Source of the DNA: Candidatus Gastranaerophilaceae bacterium
GTDB lineage: Bacteria; Cyanobacteriota; Vampirovibrionia; Gastranaerophilales; Gastranaerophilaceae
Reading direction: 5' to 3'
Assembly (NCBI GenBank): GCA_045645765.1
Contig: JAZRJK010000014.1
Coordinates: 10,819 to 74,818 of the forward strand
Length of the DNA stretch: 64,000 nucleotides
Shown here: positions 38,569 to 53,500 of the stretch, in pieces
Layout of the letters: the number at the start of each line of letters is the position of its first letter
Position numbering within the stretch: position 1 is the first letter of the stretch
Program-made: the position numbers and the translations under genes
Notes under the pieces: model-generated
Told to the model about the DNA's origin: nothing
The model's input: the letters and a program-made list of their open reading frames with translations, nothing else
Database searches by the model: none

Positions 38569-41500
38569 TTACAGTGAACTAACTTTTTTGTATTTTATAT
38601 TATCGTATGATATTTTATGGAAATATTTAATTTTACTGGTTTTAGATTTTGAATTATTAATAACATCAAATATATTAGATGGTGAAACATATTCATCTAC
38701 ATGATTTTTTATAATACCTTCTCCATATGATTTTTCAATATTTGTCTTATATGTTCCTTGGGTTGGAATTTTGTATAATAAAGCTTCTGTCTTTTCTATT
38801 GTTTTTTCTGAAACATTTGTATTTTTTATAGAAGTAGCAGATGATGAATTTATTGCACTATTCATACTATTATTGTTATTATCAGAATTTACTAAAATAT
38901 TACTGTTATGTCTTGTAACATTTACAGCCTCTGTAATTATATTATTATCACCATTAATTTTTATACTAGCCGGAAGTTGTGTTAAGTATAATTGCACATC
39001 TGCATTAATAATAGGTTTTAAACTTGTATTATCAATAATAACACGTTTATTTCCAGTTGTTAATGTTGCACTCTTTTCAACAATAAGATTATCTATTGAT
39101 AAATTATTTGATGAAGTTGTAATTTTTGCTTGTTCTACATTTATATTTTTAATATTTATATCATCATCTGTGTATATAGCAAAAGCTTTTGTTTCAATAT
39201 TTGAATAATTTGCACCTGTTCCATTTGTTGATAATGAAATTAGATTATCTGATACCATTGATAATTTGTTTCCATTTGTAAGCATAATATTTAGAGGATT
39301 ATCCAAAGTCCCTATAGTTTCGTTAGCTTTTAAAGTAATATCTTTTGCATACAAGTTATAATCATCGGTGTCTAATCCATTATAAATTGATTTTTCAGAT
39401 CTAATATCTAATGCTGTAGTATATGCATTTTTATTCCCTGAAATATTACCTATATTTAAGTCTTCAGAAGTGTATATATTGGCATTATCAACATTAGCAT
39501 TTATATTTCCTACTAACATAATTTCATCTATTTTTAAAGTATTAGCAATTGTATTTAGATATCCATAAATGCTTGCATCATTAATCGCAATAGAATCAAT
39601 AGCTGAAATTGAAGTATTACCACCAACAGTTAGTTTATTTGTAACTTCTGTATCTTTTGAATTATTTACAAGATTACCATCAACGGTTGCATTAGCGATT
39701 GTTGTTTTATCTGTAGTTGTGATATTTGCATCACCTGAAACAACCATATTAGCAATATTTGCAGTTGTTGAACTTGTTGTTAATGTATTCAATTCAGCAT
39801 TGTTAACAACTAGAGCCTCTGACTCGTTATTAAATATTCCTTCAATATTTGCATTATTTATATCTGTTGTATTTTGAGCTTGAATTAACGATTTATTTGC
39901 AACTATAGTTCCTGTTATATTAACATCTGAAGCACTTTTTGCAGTTAATTGATTACCAACTCTAACGTCTTGAATTGCAAGAGATGTATTACCCTCAGTA
40001 TTCAACAATAAATTGTTAGAAATTTCAGATGAAATAATATTTAAATCAGAACCTTGACCATTAATATAAGCATTGATGGCTTTTACGCTTAAGCCTTTAT
40101 TGATATCATTTGATACAGTATTAACATTAAGATATTTTATAGATGTACCAATATCTTTGTTAGAAGTTAATACAATATTATTTGCTTTAATATTAACTCT
40201 ATCATCATTTGCTGAATTTATTATATTTCCTTTTGCAAATAAAACTACCTCACCAAGTACACTATTGGTATTTACAAATTCAGTTGTTGAATCATAAGTA
40301 TTAACAGAGCGAATTTCGTTAATATTTAAATTATTATCAGTTGTCAAATAAACATTTTTGCCATTACCAGCAAAGACAGTTACATCTTTTAAAGCATCAA
40401 TCTTCAGTGCAGATGCTACTGTTCCAACATCTCCGTTAACAGCAGATAAAACAATCTGCGAACCTGTTAATGAAGAACTATTATTTGCATTCAAAATTGA
40501 TTTTTCAGAGTTAACAATAACGTTTCTTGAAGCTTTCACATTACCTAACTTCATATCTTTAAGACCGGCTGTATATGCATTAAGAGCTGCTTCTCTTTCT
40601 GAATCACTAGTTAAAGTTGCTAGATACTCTTGAGAAATTTCTTTTTTAGAGATTAAAGAAATCGAAATATCACTCATACCTGAAGCAATTCCATCGGTAT
40701 AACCTGCAATAGCATTAATTACTCCATCTGTATTTATTGCAATATTTTCAATATTCCCATGTTTAGTATTTAAATCAACTCCTGTTGCTGAGTAGATATT
40801 ATAAATTAGACTTTCAGAACTTGTCGCTGCAATAATACCATAATCAGCATCTAAATTAACTTTGCCATTCAAAGACTGAATGCTATCAGCATGTATTCTT
40901 CCAGCTGAATAGATATTAATATCGCCATTAGATATAACGTTATAAATACCATCACGTGCTACTTTTAATACATTATCTGAAGTCCCTACATAGCCATTTA
41001 AAGCCTTAATTACGACATTACCACCATTGATGTGATAAGGATTTAAAGTTTCGTTATCAGTGGCAATTATTGAGCCTGTTTTAGAACCTAAGGCAATATT
41101 ACCTTTTGAAGTAGAAACTATTGATGAAATATTTAAGTTGCCTTTGTTAATTAAAGCAATATCACCGTTTGCACGAGCTTTAAGCTTATTAACTTCAATA
41201 TTAATTTTATCATTCTTAGTACTATCAAGTTGAATAGATCCATTATCTGCTCTTAATTCCAAAGAATCAGCATTTATAGAAACCTCACCATCTAATCCAC
41301 CAAACTGCAAACCAGAAGTTGCCAAGTAAGCATTACCAGTAGCATCAACTATTATATTACTAATTTCTGAATTTGGATAATTAATATAAACATTCGCTGC
41401 TTTAACATTTAACATGCCTTCATTATATATTGCTGTTTGAATAGGCTTTAATTCAGAACCGATATCATTATTTGCCGACATGTTTATATTTTGTGCTGAA

Positions 41501-44500
41501 ATAATATTGTTAATACTATTAGTTGTAATGGAACCGTTACTTGAAGATAATCCAATGTTACCAGCTAAAGCACTAATACTATTATTCATGATGATAGAAC
41601 CGTTTGAATTTACATTAATTTGTGGTGTACTAAAGCCTTGGAATTGAACATTTACTGAATTTTGAGCAACGCCATATTCAGGTTTATGAGTTACTGTATA
41701 ATAAACGGTTCTATATAATTTACCATGCCATAATTCAGTCCACCAAGAACGTTTAACATATTCTGTATATGATTTTGTTTCTGTAGAACCGGCTTTTGTT
41801 ACATAATAAGCATCTGTACCAGGAGTATATGTTATAATATCAATATTTGCCCCATCAGCTCTGGTTATAGATGATGCAGAACCCCAAGTACCATTGCCTT
41901 CTGTTATTCCTTTTGTTGAAGTAACAATATTTCCTTGACTATCGACATTTGCAGTATAAGTACCGGTATTTTCTGACAACCAAGTCGCGTTTTCAATATC
42001 TTCTTGTTTTAAAGAGTCAAAAGCTTTACCACCTTTATCTGATTCTGAGAATTTAATATCGTTAATTGTTAATTTGCCAGCTATATTAGCATCAGCATTT
42101 AATGCACTAGTCACCAAATTGAAGTTAGAGTTATTTTGAACATCAATATGCCCATAGCCATTAACTAAAACGATTTTACCTTTGTTAGATGTACTTATAA
42201 TATTACCTGTCAGTGTTATATTTCCACCTTGTATTTCTGCTTTGAATAAATGAATATCACCTAAAATATTATTTACATTAGTTTCATCTGAAGGTTTAAA
42301 ATATGCTTTTATCATTTCTAAATCAGAATCAAGTTGACCATTACCAGATAAATTCAAATAATAGTAACCGTCACTTGCACCTTTTTGCATTGCGACCTTA
42401 GAATCACCAATTACTTGATAATACACACCATTTTCTTTAATAACTTTAAAGTCAGGAATTGTTACAGATTTTATTTCTGAGCCACTTTGAATAAGGCCAT
42501 TAATATCAATTATTTTTGAAGCAATATCAATATCACCGGAAGCAACAATTGCTCCATTTCCTGATGAACCACCTACTGTAACAGTATTATCACTATATGT
42601 TTGAGCATAACTACCATTAGGAACAGATATTTTCAAATCTTTTGCAGTTATAGAACCTTCAGATAAGATATTACCTGTATAATTAATGAATTTTACCAAA
42701 CCATTAACATTTTCAATGTTACCATTAAATACCATATCACCAAAACCATTTTTAACATTTAAGTCAATTGTTGGATCATTGGCATCAACAGTATTAAGGA
42801 TTGAAATACTGTATTCATTTGTACTATTTAAAATATTTTTTGTTATTGTTGAAGCAATATTTGAACCATGAATCAATCCTGAAATATTTCTACCAATTTG
42901 TATATCTTTATATACAATGTCACTAGAACTATTATTTACAATATCTACAGTAAACTTATTACCGGGAGCTGTTATTGTACCATTACCTTCAACTTTTCCG
43001 GTTAGAGTGGTATCACCTGAACGAACAATAATATTATCAATAAGCAAAGAATAAACAGGGATTGAAGAATTTTCTGCAAGTTCTTTTTGATTATCTAATT
43101 CCTGAATTATACTATTATAGTATTCTGTAATTTTTTCTTTTTCTGCATCAGCCTTAGCGATTTCATTTCTAGCTGCTAAAACATTTGCATTAGATGCGTT
43201 TATAGCATCGTTACATATACTTATAGAATTATTATTTTTAACAATTTCTTCATTTATTTCAGTAATAAATGAAACCAATTCAACGTTATTAGAACAATTA
43301 ACCTGAGTATTAATTGCATTTACTGTAGTTGCAAGAGTTGTATTTATTGAATTTAAATTGTTTATGCTATCTTCTTTTGTTGATTTTAAGTCCAACATAT
43401 CACTTATTGAGTTCTGAAGTGCTAATAAATTTGTACTTGATTTATTAGCAGAATATAGTTCCCAAGCAGACTGAATATTATCTATGCTGTTATTATCAGC
43501 ATATTCTTGTAATACCAATCCAAAACTTTCATCAATTGTAACAATATTATTAGATTTACTATATGCATTTTCCCAAGCTTCATTTACTGAATTTAATACA
43601 TTAACCTCTGCTTGAGTTTCTTTGATAGTATTATTATTTTCAATAATATTATTTGCAATATTAATTGCATTTGTATATTCTTGGTTTTTAGACTCATAAG
43701 CTGCTTTTTGCGTTTGAGCTTCTGTAGATGAGTTTTGAGCATTTCTTATTATTTCGTTTTCAATACTAATATAATCATCTATTTCAGCTAATTTGTTATT
43801 TTTAGTAAGCTCATACGCATCGATATCAGATTGAACATCACTCGCTGTGATTTCTCCAACCTGTTCTTTTCCAATTACATTAACACCATTTGAAGAATAA
43901 GAGCCGTCTTTATTTATAACTAAATTTCGATTAGCACCAAGACCACTTTCTAATTGTCCATTAAGCGTTATAAGCGCATTCGAATTATTTGTTTCAGTTT
44001 CATTACCCTCTCCGTAAATAGTAATAGGAATACCAAATACAATATAAGTTGTACCTTTAGCTGTTCTAGCAGCACTTAAGTCTGAAGTTGTATCCAATGC
44101 TGTAAGATTCATAGAGTCATATGCTTTCAAAATAGCATTATTCTCAACAATAATTTCTGAAATAGAATTGTTATATGCAACAGCCTTTGAGTTACCAACA
44201 GCTCCAATTAACCCATGTGTTGTTGCATACATATAGGCTTGAATATTTTTATCACAAACTGATTGAATATACGTATCCCTTCCGCTTATAGAGTTAACGC
44301 CTGACGAAATTATTACAGAAGATATGGCTTTATTATTTTCTGCGATACTAGAACCATCCGCAATTGCTATTCCACCATAAGATGATACATTCGATTTTGT
44401 ATAAATATCAATATCATTATCTGCTAAGAAATAAATATCATCATCTTTTGTTTTAATGTCTTTGTTCTTTATGTACGTTTTAGTTTTAACATCAGATATT

Positions 44501-47500
44501 ACTTGAACATTACCATCAGCTACGGGTACAGCACCTCCTGCAGTAACATCAACTTTTTCATTAACATTCAATATACTTTGAGAAGAAACATTAATGTAAC
44601 CATTATCAAATACTCCTAACGCATAGGCTTTATTTCCATCTAATGTTGCTATTGTTGACATTATAATATTATCAGTTAAATTAGCTGCACCAACACCAAC
44701 AACACCCCCTGCTCCACCATATAAGTCGTAATTTGATACACTATCTTTTTTAACAGTATTTGTTGCGAAAATTTCAATTGCTCCATTTGCGTTTATATCT
44801 GCATTAGATATTGCAGAAACAGCTGAATTAACAGTGTTAGCAATAATACCCGCAGTTACACCAACAGCACCATATGCGGAGGAATCATTATATGATTTAT
44901 AAATATTTGAAGTATTTGCTAAAATACTGTACGCACCATCTGTAGTATTAATGGAATAATTTTTACCAACAACAACATCGTTAGTTGATGATATATTAGT
45001 ATAAACTCCTGAACCACTTACACCTACAGCAGCCCCTGCTCCAGCTCTTGTTTGAGCATCAACATTATTTTCGACAGAAGAACTTATATCTACAAGTTTC
45101 GCTGAAATTAACTTGTTAGTATTTGCATCTGCAATATTGACTCCAGAAGTATTTCGGATAATACTATTAGTCATTGTGCCTCCGGCAGAAACTACTCCAT
45201 ATGCTCTACCATCAGTTTCTGCAATTGATGTATTTTTAGCAACAGAGGTAATTTTTGCAGCTAATTTAGCTAAAATGTTTGTATTTTTACCAATATTAAC
45301 AGTATTATTTTTACCAGTTTGAGCATTAGCTTCTGCACCAACTCCACCAAGAAGACTTCCGGATAAAGCATCAGCAATAGCTGTAGATTTTTCATCAGCA
45401 TTTGTTTTTATTGTCAAATTACCCTCTTTAGATAGTAAATCAACATTGTCATCGATATCAATTCGAGTGTTGCCTTTTATAATTGCATCCGCAACAGAAA
45501 CACCAACAGCTACGCCACCATGTGAATCACCATCAACAGTTGATGAAATAATACCTTTTGACAGCGCATTTAACAATAAATCAGAAGTAGCTTCCAAAAT
45601 AGATGACGATAAAATATAAGTATTTGCAGTTTTATTTGAATTAATTTTAGCTAATCCACCAGATCCTGATATAATACCACCTGATGCTGATTTTACGTTA
45701 ATATCTTGGTTATCAACAGACTCAGAGCTAATATTAATTCCACCTGTTGAATCAATTACAACATTATTTGAAATAAAAGCATTTGTTGTTGTATAAACAT
45801 TTGAAACTCCGGCAGAAACGCCAACAACTGCAGCTCCATATGTATTACCTGAAACTTTAATGTCAACATCATTTGTATTTTTTGCGTATAAAGATGTGTC
45901 CTTTGTATTAAGTTTAGCCCCGGAATCAACAAATGCTGAAGTTGTATTTAATCTGGCTGTAGAACCAAGACTAGAACCTGAATTTTCTGATTTAGTAAAT
46001 AAAGAGAATGTGCTTTCAGTATTTGTACCTGAATACTCTTTATAATTTTTATCTGCATTATTTAATTCATTAGCAGATGCTATTAAAACATTCTCAGCTT
46101 GTGTTTTTGCAGTTTCATAAACAGTTGCATCATCACCTGTTAAAGCATTTTCTTGGGCATTATCAACAACTTTTCCGATAGTATTATGAATAATACCACC
46201 ACTCAATGCTACTGAACCACCTCCAACAATTGATGCCGTGGCATCTATAATTTCATTACTATGAGCTTCTAATGTTAAATTGCCAGATGGCATATTTAAT
46301 ACAGAATCAACACCTATTAGGGTATTAACAGTATTATCTATATTATTTACTCCAACAGAAGCTCCAACTCCTGCAACCCCACCAATTGCAACTCCTCCGA
46401 CACTTTCATAAATATTAGTATCTGCTTGAGCTTTTAAGGTTAAATCGCCTGTAGAAATTATGTTATTCTTCTTGCCGATATAGGCATTCACATTATTTTC
46501 TACTGTATTAACTAAAACAGCACCTGTAGCAGCACCACCTGCTGCAGCTGTTCCTGCTGCTATGTATAATTTGTTATCTTTAGTCCCTAAATTTGTTATA
46601 GATGTTGCATTTATTTCAGATTTTGAAAGTTTTAAATTTACATTATTTTCCGTATAAGCTTCAACAGTATTAGTGATTTTATTTACACCAACTGAAGCCC
46701 CGCCTGCAACATACTGTGCTCCAGCACCTGCAACAACAGAACCTGTAATTGATGTAGAATCATTTGCCTCAATTTTTAAGTTTGATGCAGACTCAATGCT
46801 AGAATTTTCTTTTATATAAGATTTTACAGTTGCATCCACAATATTAGCTAAAGAAGAACCTCCGACACCTACTTGTCCTCCACCAAAGCCCATCGCTAGT
46901 AAATTATTAAAGTTTTGAATGCCTTGAGAATTTACCATAATATCATCAACTGTGATACTTTTTGTATCAGTAGAGCCAATATATGCCAATATTGTACTTG
47001 TAACTGAGTTTGTTGAAATAGTTGCACCAACTCCTGCAGTAGCCCCACCTGCTAGCGAACCCGCCATACCATTGAAATTAACAGTATCAAGGGCTTTAAC
47101 AGTTAATTTATCACCGGTAATATCACCTAATACATATGCTGTTATAGTATTATTTACAACATTGGTTTCAACAACACCTGCACCACCAGCATTTTTACCA
47201 CCAGCGCCAGATATTGCGTAAATATCATAAGTTGAATTTGCACTAGCAGTAACATCTAATATGTTAAAATCTTTCACTACAGATTGGTTAATAAATGAAG
47301 TTATATCATATCCAATAACATTCGTAGTAACAGTAACACCAACACCAACTACACCCGCACCTGCAACAGCACCAGAAATATCATCATAATTTGCAATTGC
47401 GTTTGTATTGATATTGATATTTTGGGCTGAAATAGTCGATTTATCTATACCAGACTTCATTTCGCTATTAACGACAGTTGTATTTACAACTCCTGAACCA

Positions 47501-50500
47501 GCAATTTCCCCAGCGCCTGAACCAGCTACAGCAGCAATTGTAATATTATCATTAGCACTTGTATTTAATTTAATGCTATCTGAAGTCAAACTAGAACCTT
47601 CTTGTATTAATGAATTAATATGTTTAGTAATTACTACTGTACTAATTGTTGCACCAGCTCCGACTTCGGCACTAGCACCTATAGCTCCTGCAAGTACTGT
47701 TAAATCTGTATTAGCAATTGAAAGCACATCAATATTTTTAAATTTAGAATTTTCAATATTATCGGTATTATCCAAATAAGCAGAAATCGTCTTATTAAAA
47801 ACAATTGTATCAACTGCACCACCAACACCTGCTTGATTACCAGCAGAACCTGCTATTGTACCACATTTAAATATATCATTTTGGGTTGATTGAACAATAA
47901 GATTTTCGAGAGAATTAGATGCGTCGTAGTTGTCAAATGTGGTGTCTTCAATAAATGCTTTGTTTTCGCCACCAAGAACAGCCGTCAATACAGAAGCTCC
48001 AAAAGCTAAATTTTCTGTTGAAATGCCAACAGCTCCAACCACATCTTTAGATTCAAAACTATCTTCAGTTTTTACACTTACATTTTTACCAGTTTTAACA
48101 ACTGATTTTTTAATATATGCATCCATGTCCTGCGATACAACAATCGTACTAATAGAACCTTCAGCGGAAGTTTCACCACCACCTGCCAAGCCAACAGCTA
48201 CAGTCTTCTGTTTTTGAGTAGATTTGGCCAATACATCAACACCTTTTTGACTTTCTACAGTCACTCCTTCGATGCCTGCACTTATATCTGCATCATTAAC
48301 ATAAGTATTTATAGCGGCACCAGCTGATGATTTGCTTGTAGATATAGCAACATTTCCTGTTGTAGCTAAGAAATCAATATCACTTTCAGACTTAACTGTT
48401 ATTTGCCCTCCGGCTTTTACTGTTTCATCACTAGAATTATTGCCATCACTAGAACTATTGTCATCGCTAGCACTATTGTTATCGTTAGAACTATTGTCAT
48501 CACTAGAACTATTGTCATCGTTAGAAGTATTGTTATCGCTGGAATTATTGTCATCTAAAATAAATGTGTATATATTTGAACTATTTACAATAGTATTTAT
48601 AGCACCTGAACCAGAAATGCCATTCCCTCCTGCGCCACCAAAAACAATAGAATATAAATCTTCATCAAAATTAGATGTTAAAATAATATCTTTAACAGTC
48701 GTAATATTTGAATTTTTAATATATGTATTTACATAATGTCCAATACCTACAGCATATGAAGATGCACCAATAGAGGTATTTTCTGGCCCTAGACTTGCTG
48801 CTATTGCTCCTGTAACTGCAACATTAAACATTGTTCTATCAGTATCTAAATTTAAACTGTTTGCAGTTACTGTAGAATTATTAATATAATTATTTTGATT
48901 GGAAACATTTGCTAAAACACTTATAACTCCAGAATACGCACCTTCTTTTGATGAACCAGCTCCTGCTACAGATATTGCAATTTGTTCAACATCTTCTTTA
49001 TTAATAACTGTAACATCACTAGTAGCTGTAATAGTTGAGGCATCTATATAACTATTAATTGTGTTATAAATAACATCTCCTCTTATTGAACCTCCAATGC
49101 CAGTTTTGTTGCCACCTGCAACAACACCATTTACCACTAATTCATAAAAATCGCTGCTAGCATCTAATGTTATAGTTCCTGCATTAATAGTAGAATTATT
49201 AATATATGTTTCAATAGTATTTACGGCAACATATGCTGCAATAGTTCCAGCAATAGCTTTTCCTTGTAATGCCGCAGCCCCTGCAACATCAATAACAATA
49301 AAATCAGATACATTTACTGCTTTAACATTTAGTTCTTTTGATGCTTTCACTCTAGAGTTATCGATAAAAGCTTTAATATCATTTTTTACAACATCCCCGT
49401 CTAATGTTGCTCCTACTGCTTTTGCTTTTTCAGAAGATGTTTCGGAACTATTTTGTATGGATACAGCGCCTACAGTTTTAACTTCTTTAGATTTATTTTC
49501 AGCGTTTAAGTTTATTATTTGAGTTGTAGAGACATTATCCGCATCTTGATTTATATTGGAATTTTTTATTGCTGATGTGATTTTGTTCACTTGAACAATA
49601 GAAGAAATATTTCCTGCACCTGCCACATCTTTAGCCGATGCAATACCTGAGGATGCCTGAACAATAGTTAAATCTTCTTTTGCATCAACTATAATATTGT
49701 TAGTAGCATTAATACTCGCATTTTCTACAACAGCAGAAACGTCGTTATTAAACACATCGGCTAAAATTGTTGCCCCAACTCCAGTTTTACCTTTCGCCGA
49801 CAAAACAAGCCCTATATCATAAACATTATCATCTGATTTGGCTTCTACAGAAACATTTCTGGCATTAACATTCGCTCCATCACTAATGGTTGCTTTTACA
49901 TCATTTGCAATACCTGTAAATGAAATAATCCCCGCCATTGCGGCGCTATCATCAACTGATGGTTGAGCGGCATCTATATTGATATTTTCTATATTTGCAG
50001 TTCTTTCTTGAATATCTTCTGGTAATTCTGGATTTAAAAAGAAATTTGCACACCAATTTTTAAATTTAGCCCATTTACTAGCAGTTGTTATTGTTTCTGC
50101 ATTTAAATCAGGAGAAGGCTCTTCCGGCTCAGAAGGAGTATTAGTACTATCATCAGGAGTTGTATCATTAGAATCTTTATCCTTAGCTAATCCTAAGTTT
50201 AAAATTGCATTAACAGCCAGCTTATCGTAAATAGCTTTTACTATAACATTTTCTTCAGCTTCTATTGTTCCGTTGATAAAAGAATTGACACTGTCAAGAA
50301 GTACAATTCCTGATAATGCTGCTCCATAAGCTTTATCACCTAATGTTATTGCGAGTATTGGATTTACATAGTTAGCATCTTTCACAGCTTTTACTGTAAC
50401 ATTGTTAGCTTGAATTTTTGTTTCTTCAGATGAAGTTCCAATACCCGCTTCTGTATTCCCGTTAACAATATTCATAGATATTGAACCACTACCACCTGTA

Positions 50501-53500
50501 GCATCCGCTGTAGCAGAGCCATGTGATGCTGTAACATAATTTCCATCAGAAAAAGAAGATACAAGGATATTTCCAATTTGAGAATCAGAAATTTCAGCAG
50601 CTTTAACGATATTTACATTATTACCTATTTTAGCATTTGTTTGTGAATCTGAGTATGAAATTGTTACAGCAGCACCATATCCACTACCATTTTTAGAACC
50701 AATTGCCCAAATCTGGTCTAAAATTAAAGTTAAAGGATTTAATAATGTCGCCATTGTCCATAGTTCATTATTAGATTTCGCTTCTATTGTTATATTAGCT
50801 AAATTTTTATCAATAATATTAGACACAACACTGGAATTATCTTCTAAGACAGCATTTGATGTCGTATTAAATACTTGAGCAGCAATCGCACCTGTATAAG
50901 ATGAAGTAGTAGAATTATTCTCTGAGCGTGCATCTGATGCTGATTGAGCATAAGTATTAAACAAATATTGCAATCCAAAATTATCTACATTCGCCGCAAC
51001 TTTCATCATTACATCTGAAGTTAGCAAATCCATAATACTTGTTTCTTCAGAAACTCCGGCTGTAGTTAAATAATTACTTACATTATTATCATCCAAACCT
51101 TCCCATTTGGATTGTACCTCTGCAGCCGATTGCTTGCCATCATTTTTAAAATATGTCTTACAATCATTAATAAAATCTTTCACATAATCATACCAAACAA
51201 GAGAATGCAACACTTCTGTATTAGATTTTATAGAAAGAGCACTAGGCTTATGTTCTGCATAATAAACCTTATCCAATTTTGTATAACCGGATTTATTTGT
51301 CAACTTATCATATTCTGTTTTTGTTATTATGTTACCGAGTGAATCAGAATAAAACTCCCCACTTGCTGTTGAAAAATTTGTCTTATATGCAGCATCAGTA
51401 GTATAGGCAATATCTCCTTCAAAAAAATTATATTTATAGATTTCAACATCTTTGCTTAACGCTTCATATAGCTTTTGTTCTCTTTCAGGTAACTTATCAT
51501 ATTCTGCTTTTGTTATTACATCATGAGAATTCTTTAATCTGTAATAAGCGCCTCCTTCAATATTGTCTGTTACAATATTGTTTGCCGTAGTGAAGTATAT
51601 CAAAGAAGCGACATTGTTTGACAATGTAAAATCACCGTACGCAGACGCTTTTGAATCTAAATTCTTCAAATTAAAAGCAAGAGCCCCACCTTTTCCACTT
51701 TCTGTACCTTCTGACAAAGAAATTGCAGAAATAGAACTTTTATCATCAATTAAATCTGCTTTTAAATTAATGCTACCTGCTTTTATTTTTGGTTTTATAC
51801 TAGATAGAGTATCTCCATTTCCTTGATTAACATGTCCAATTTTAGCATTAGAGTTAATATTTGACACTGCAACACTTATTGCACCAGCAACACCACTATC
51901 AGTTATGTTTGTAGAATCTATTAACCAATCAACTAATTTTACTCGTCTTAATAATTTTTGGGCTTTCCATCCCATAGTATCGTTTCCGCCACCGGAATAA
52001 GCATTTGAGTAAGAAATGATATTTCCTTTATAGTATGATTGAACATTCAAATCACCAGTTATATCAGCATCGGCAAGCATAATAGCTTCATTATCAATAT
52101 TAGTTACGATAATGTCGACAATAGCACCTAGTGAACTTCTATTTTTATCTACCAATGGAATTAAACCATTTTGTGCAGCATCAGTATGATAACTTAAAGT
52201 TGTTGCAATAATAGAAATATTATCGGATACGCCTTCTAAATTTACTCCGTTTTCTATTATCGCTTTATTAACAATTGTATTTATTGTAGTAGATATACCC
52301 ACATTTCCTATATCGGCACTACCCCCAAAAACTTTTTCCCAAGCGGCATTAAAACCCTGATTTAGCATAGCTGTAACTTTAGTTGAAGTATTCAAATTCA
52401 AGTTGGTTAATGCATCTACTTCAAGATTTTTTGCACTTATATTTGCTTCGCTTTTTACAATTGCTTGAGTTTTAGAATCTATTTGAGTGTAATTTAAAGC
52501 AAGTATTGGTGCAATTGTTGAAGAAGACAAAGTCATATCCGTTATAGCCATCAAATTAACATCATTTATTGCCGAAAGTATTGCATCTTTTTCTATAATT
52601 ACTTCAGTTATAGGTGTAACTTTAGATGTAACAAGATCAATAACTTGATCGACCCCTGGTATAAAACTTTCTGAAACGCTTACATTACCCATTTCATCTA
52701 ATTTAGTAACTGCTGTAGCATTAATATTAGAAGCATTTGTCTTTGAACTAGAATTAAATGTAACTCTTGAGATTGCTTCATGTGTGCCGGATGGCTTATG
52801 TACCTCCGTTTTCACATCGACATCCGCTCCGTTAGCATTAATATCGCCTTTTAAATTTACAATTGCACTCAATACATCATCGGTTGTTCCAGTATTGGAT
52901 GCAACAATAACAATATTTTTTCCGTCTTGCATTGCGAGATTTTTAGGATAATTAGCTGTAGAAAAACTCTGAGTTATTGTATTCGGAGTAGCTGTAACAA
53001 TACCATTAACTTCTGAAAATTTCATATTTGCATTGAGTTCAGAACCGCTATATAAATTAATCTCAGAACCGGAAATTAAGTCAATACCTGCACCTGAATT
53101 TATTTTACCTGATATATCTATTTTACCTGCGGCTAATTCTATTGGATTTTCAGCATTTCCATTAACTAAATAATTATTATCATTAAAAGTAAAGCCTATT
53201 AGGCTTTCAATATTTGATTCATTCCAAGTTTTAACATCACTAAATACGCTTGTATTTATAAGACTCTTCATTGAATCTTCAGTCGGTGTCATTAAAGTTA
53301 AAGAACCAACATTAAAAACACCATGCTCACCTATAACAAAGCCATTCGGATTTGCAAATAATACATTACCACCTATTTGTCCATTTAAGTAAGAATTTAC
53401 AACACCATTAATTTGTGATGCAGAATTATCAAAAATTAAATTAACTAATTTGTTTTGACCATTTACCAAATTTAAATTAACAATATCACCTTGATTAACA

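Noticed and set aside
38771-51826. Numerous plus-strand ORFs within tpsA
   Set aside because: Antisense shadows of an AT-rich coding strand with no recognisable motifs
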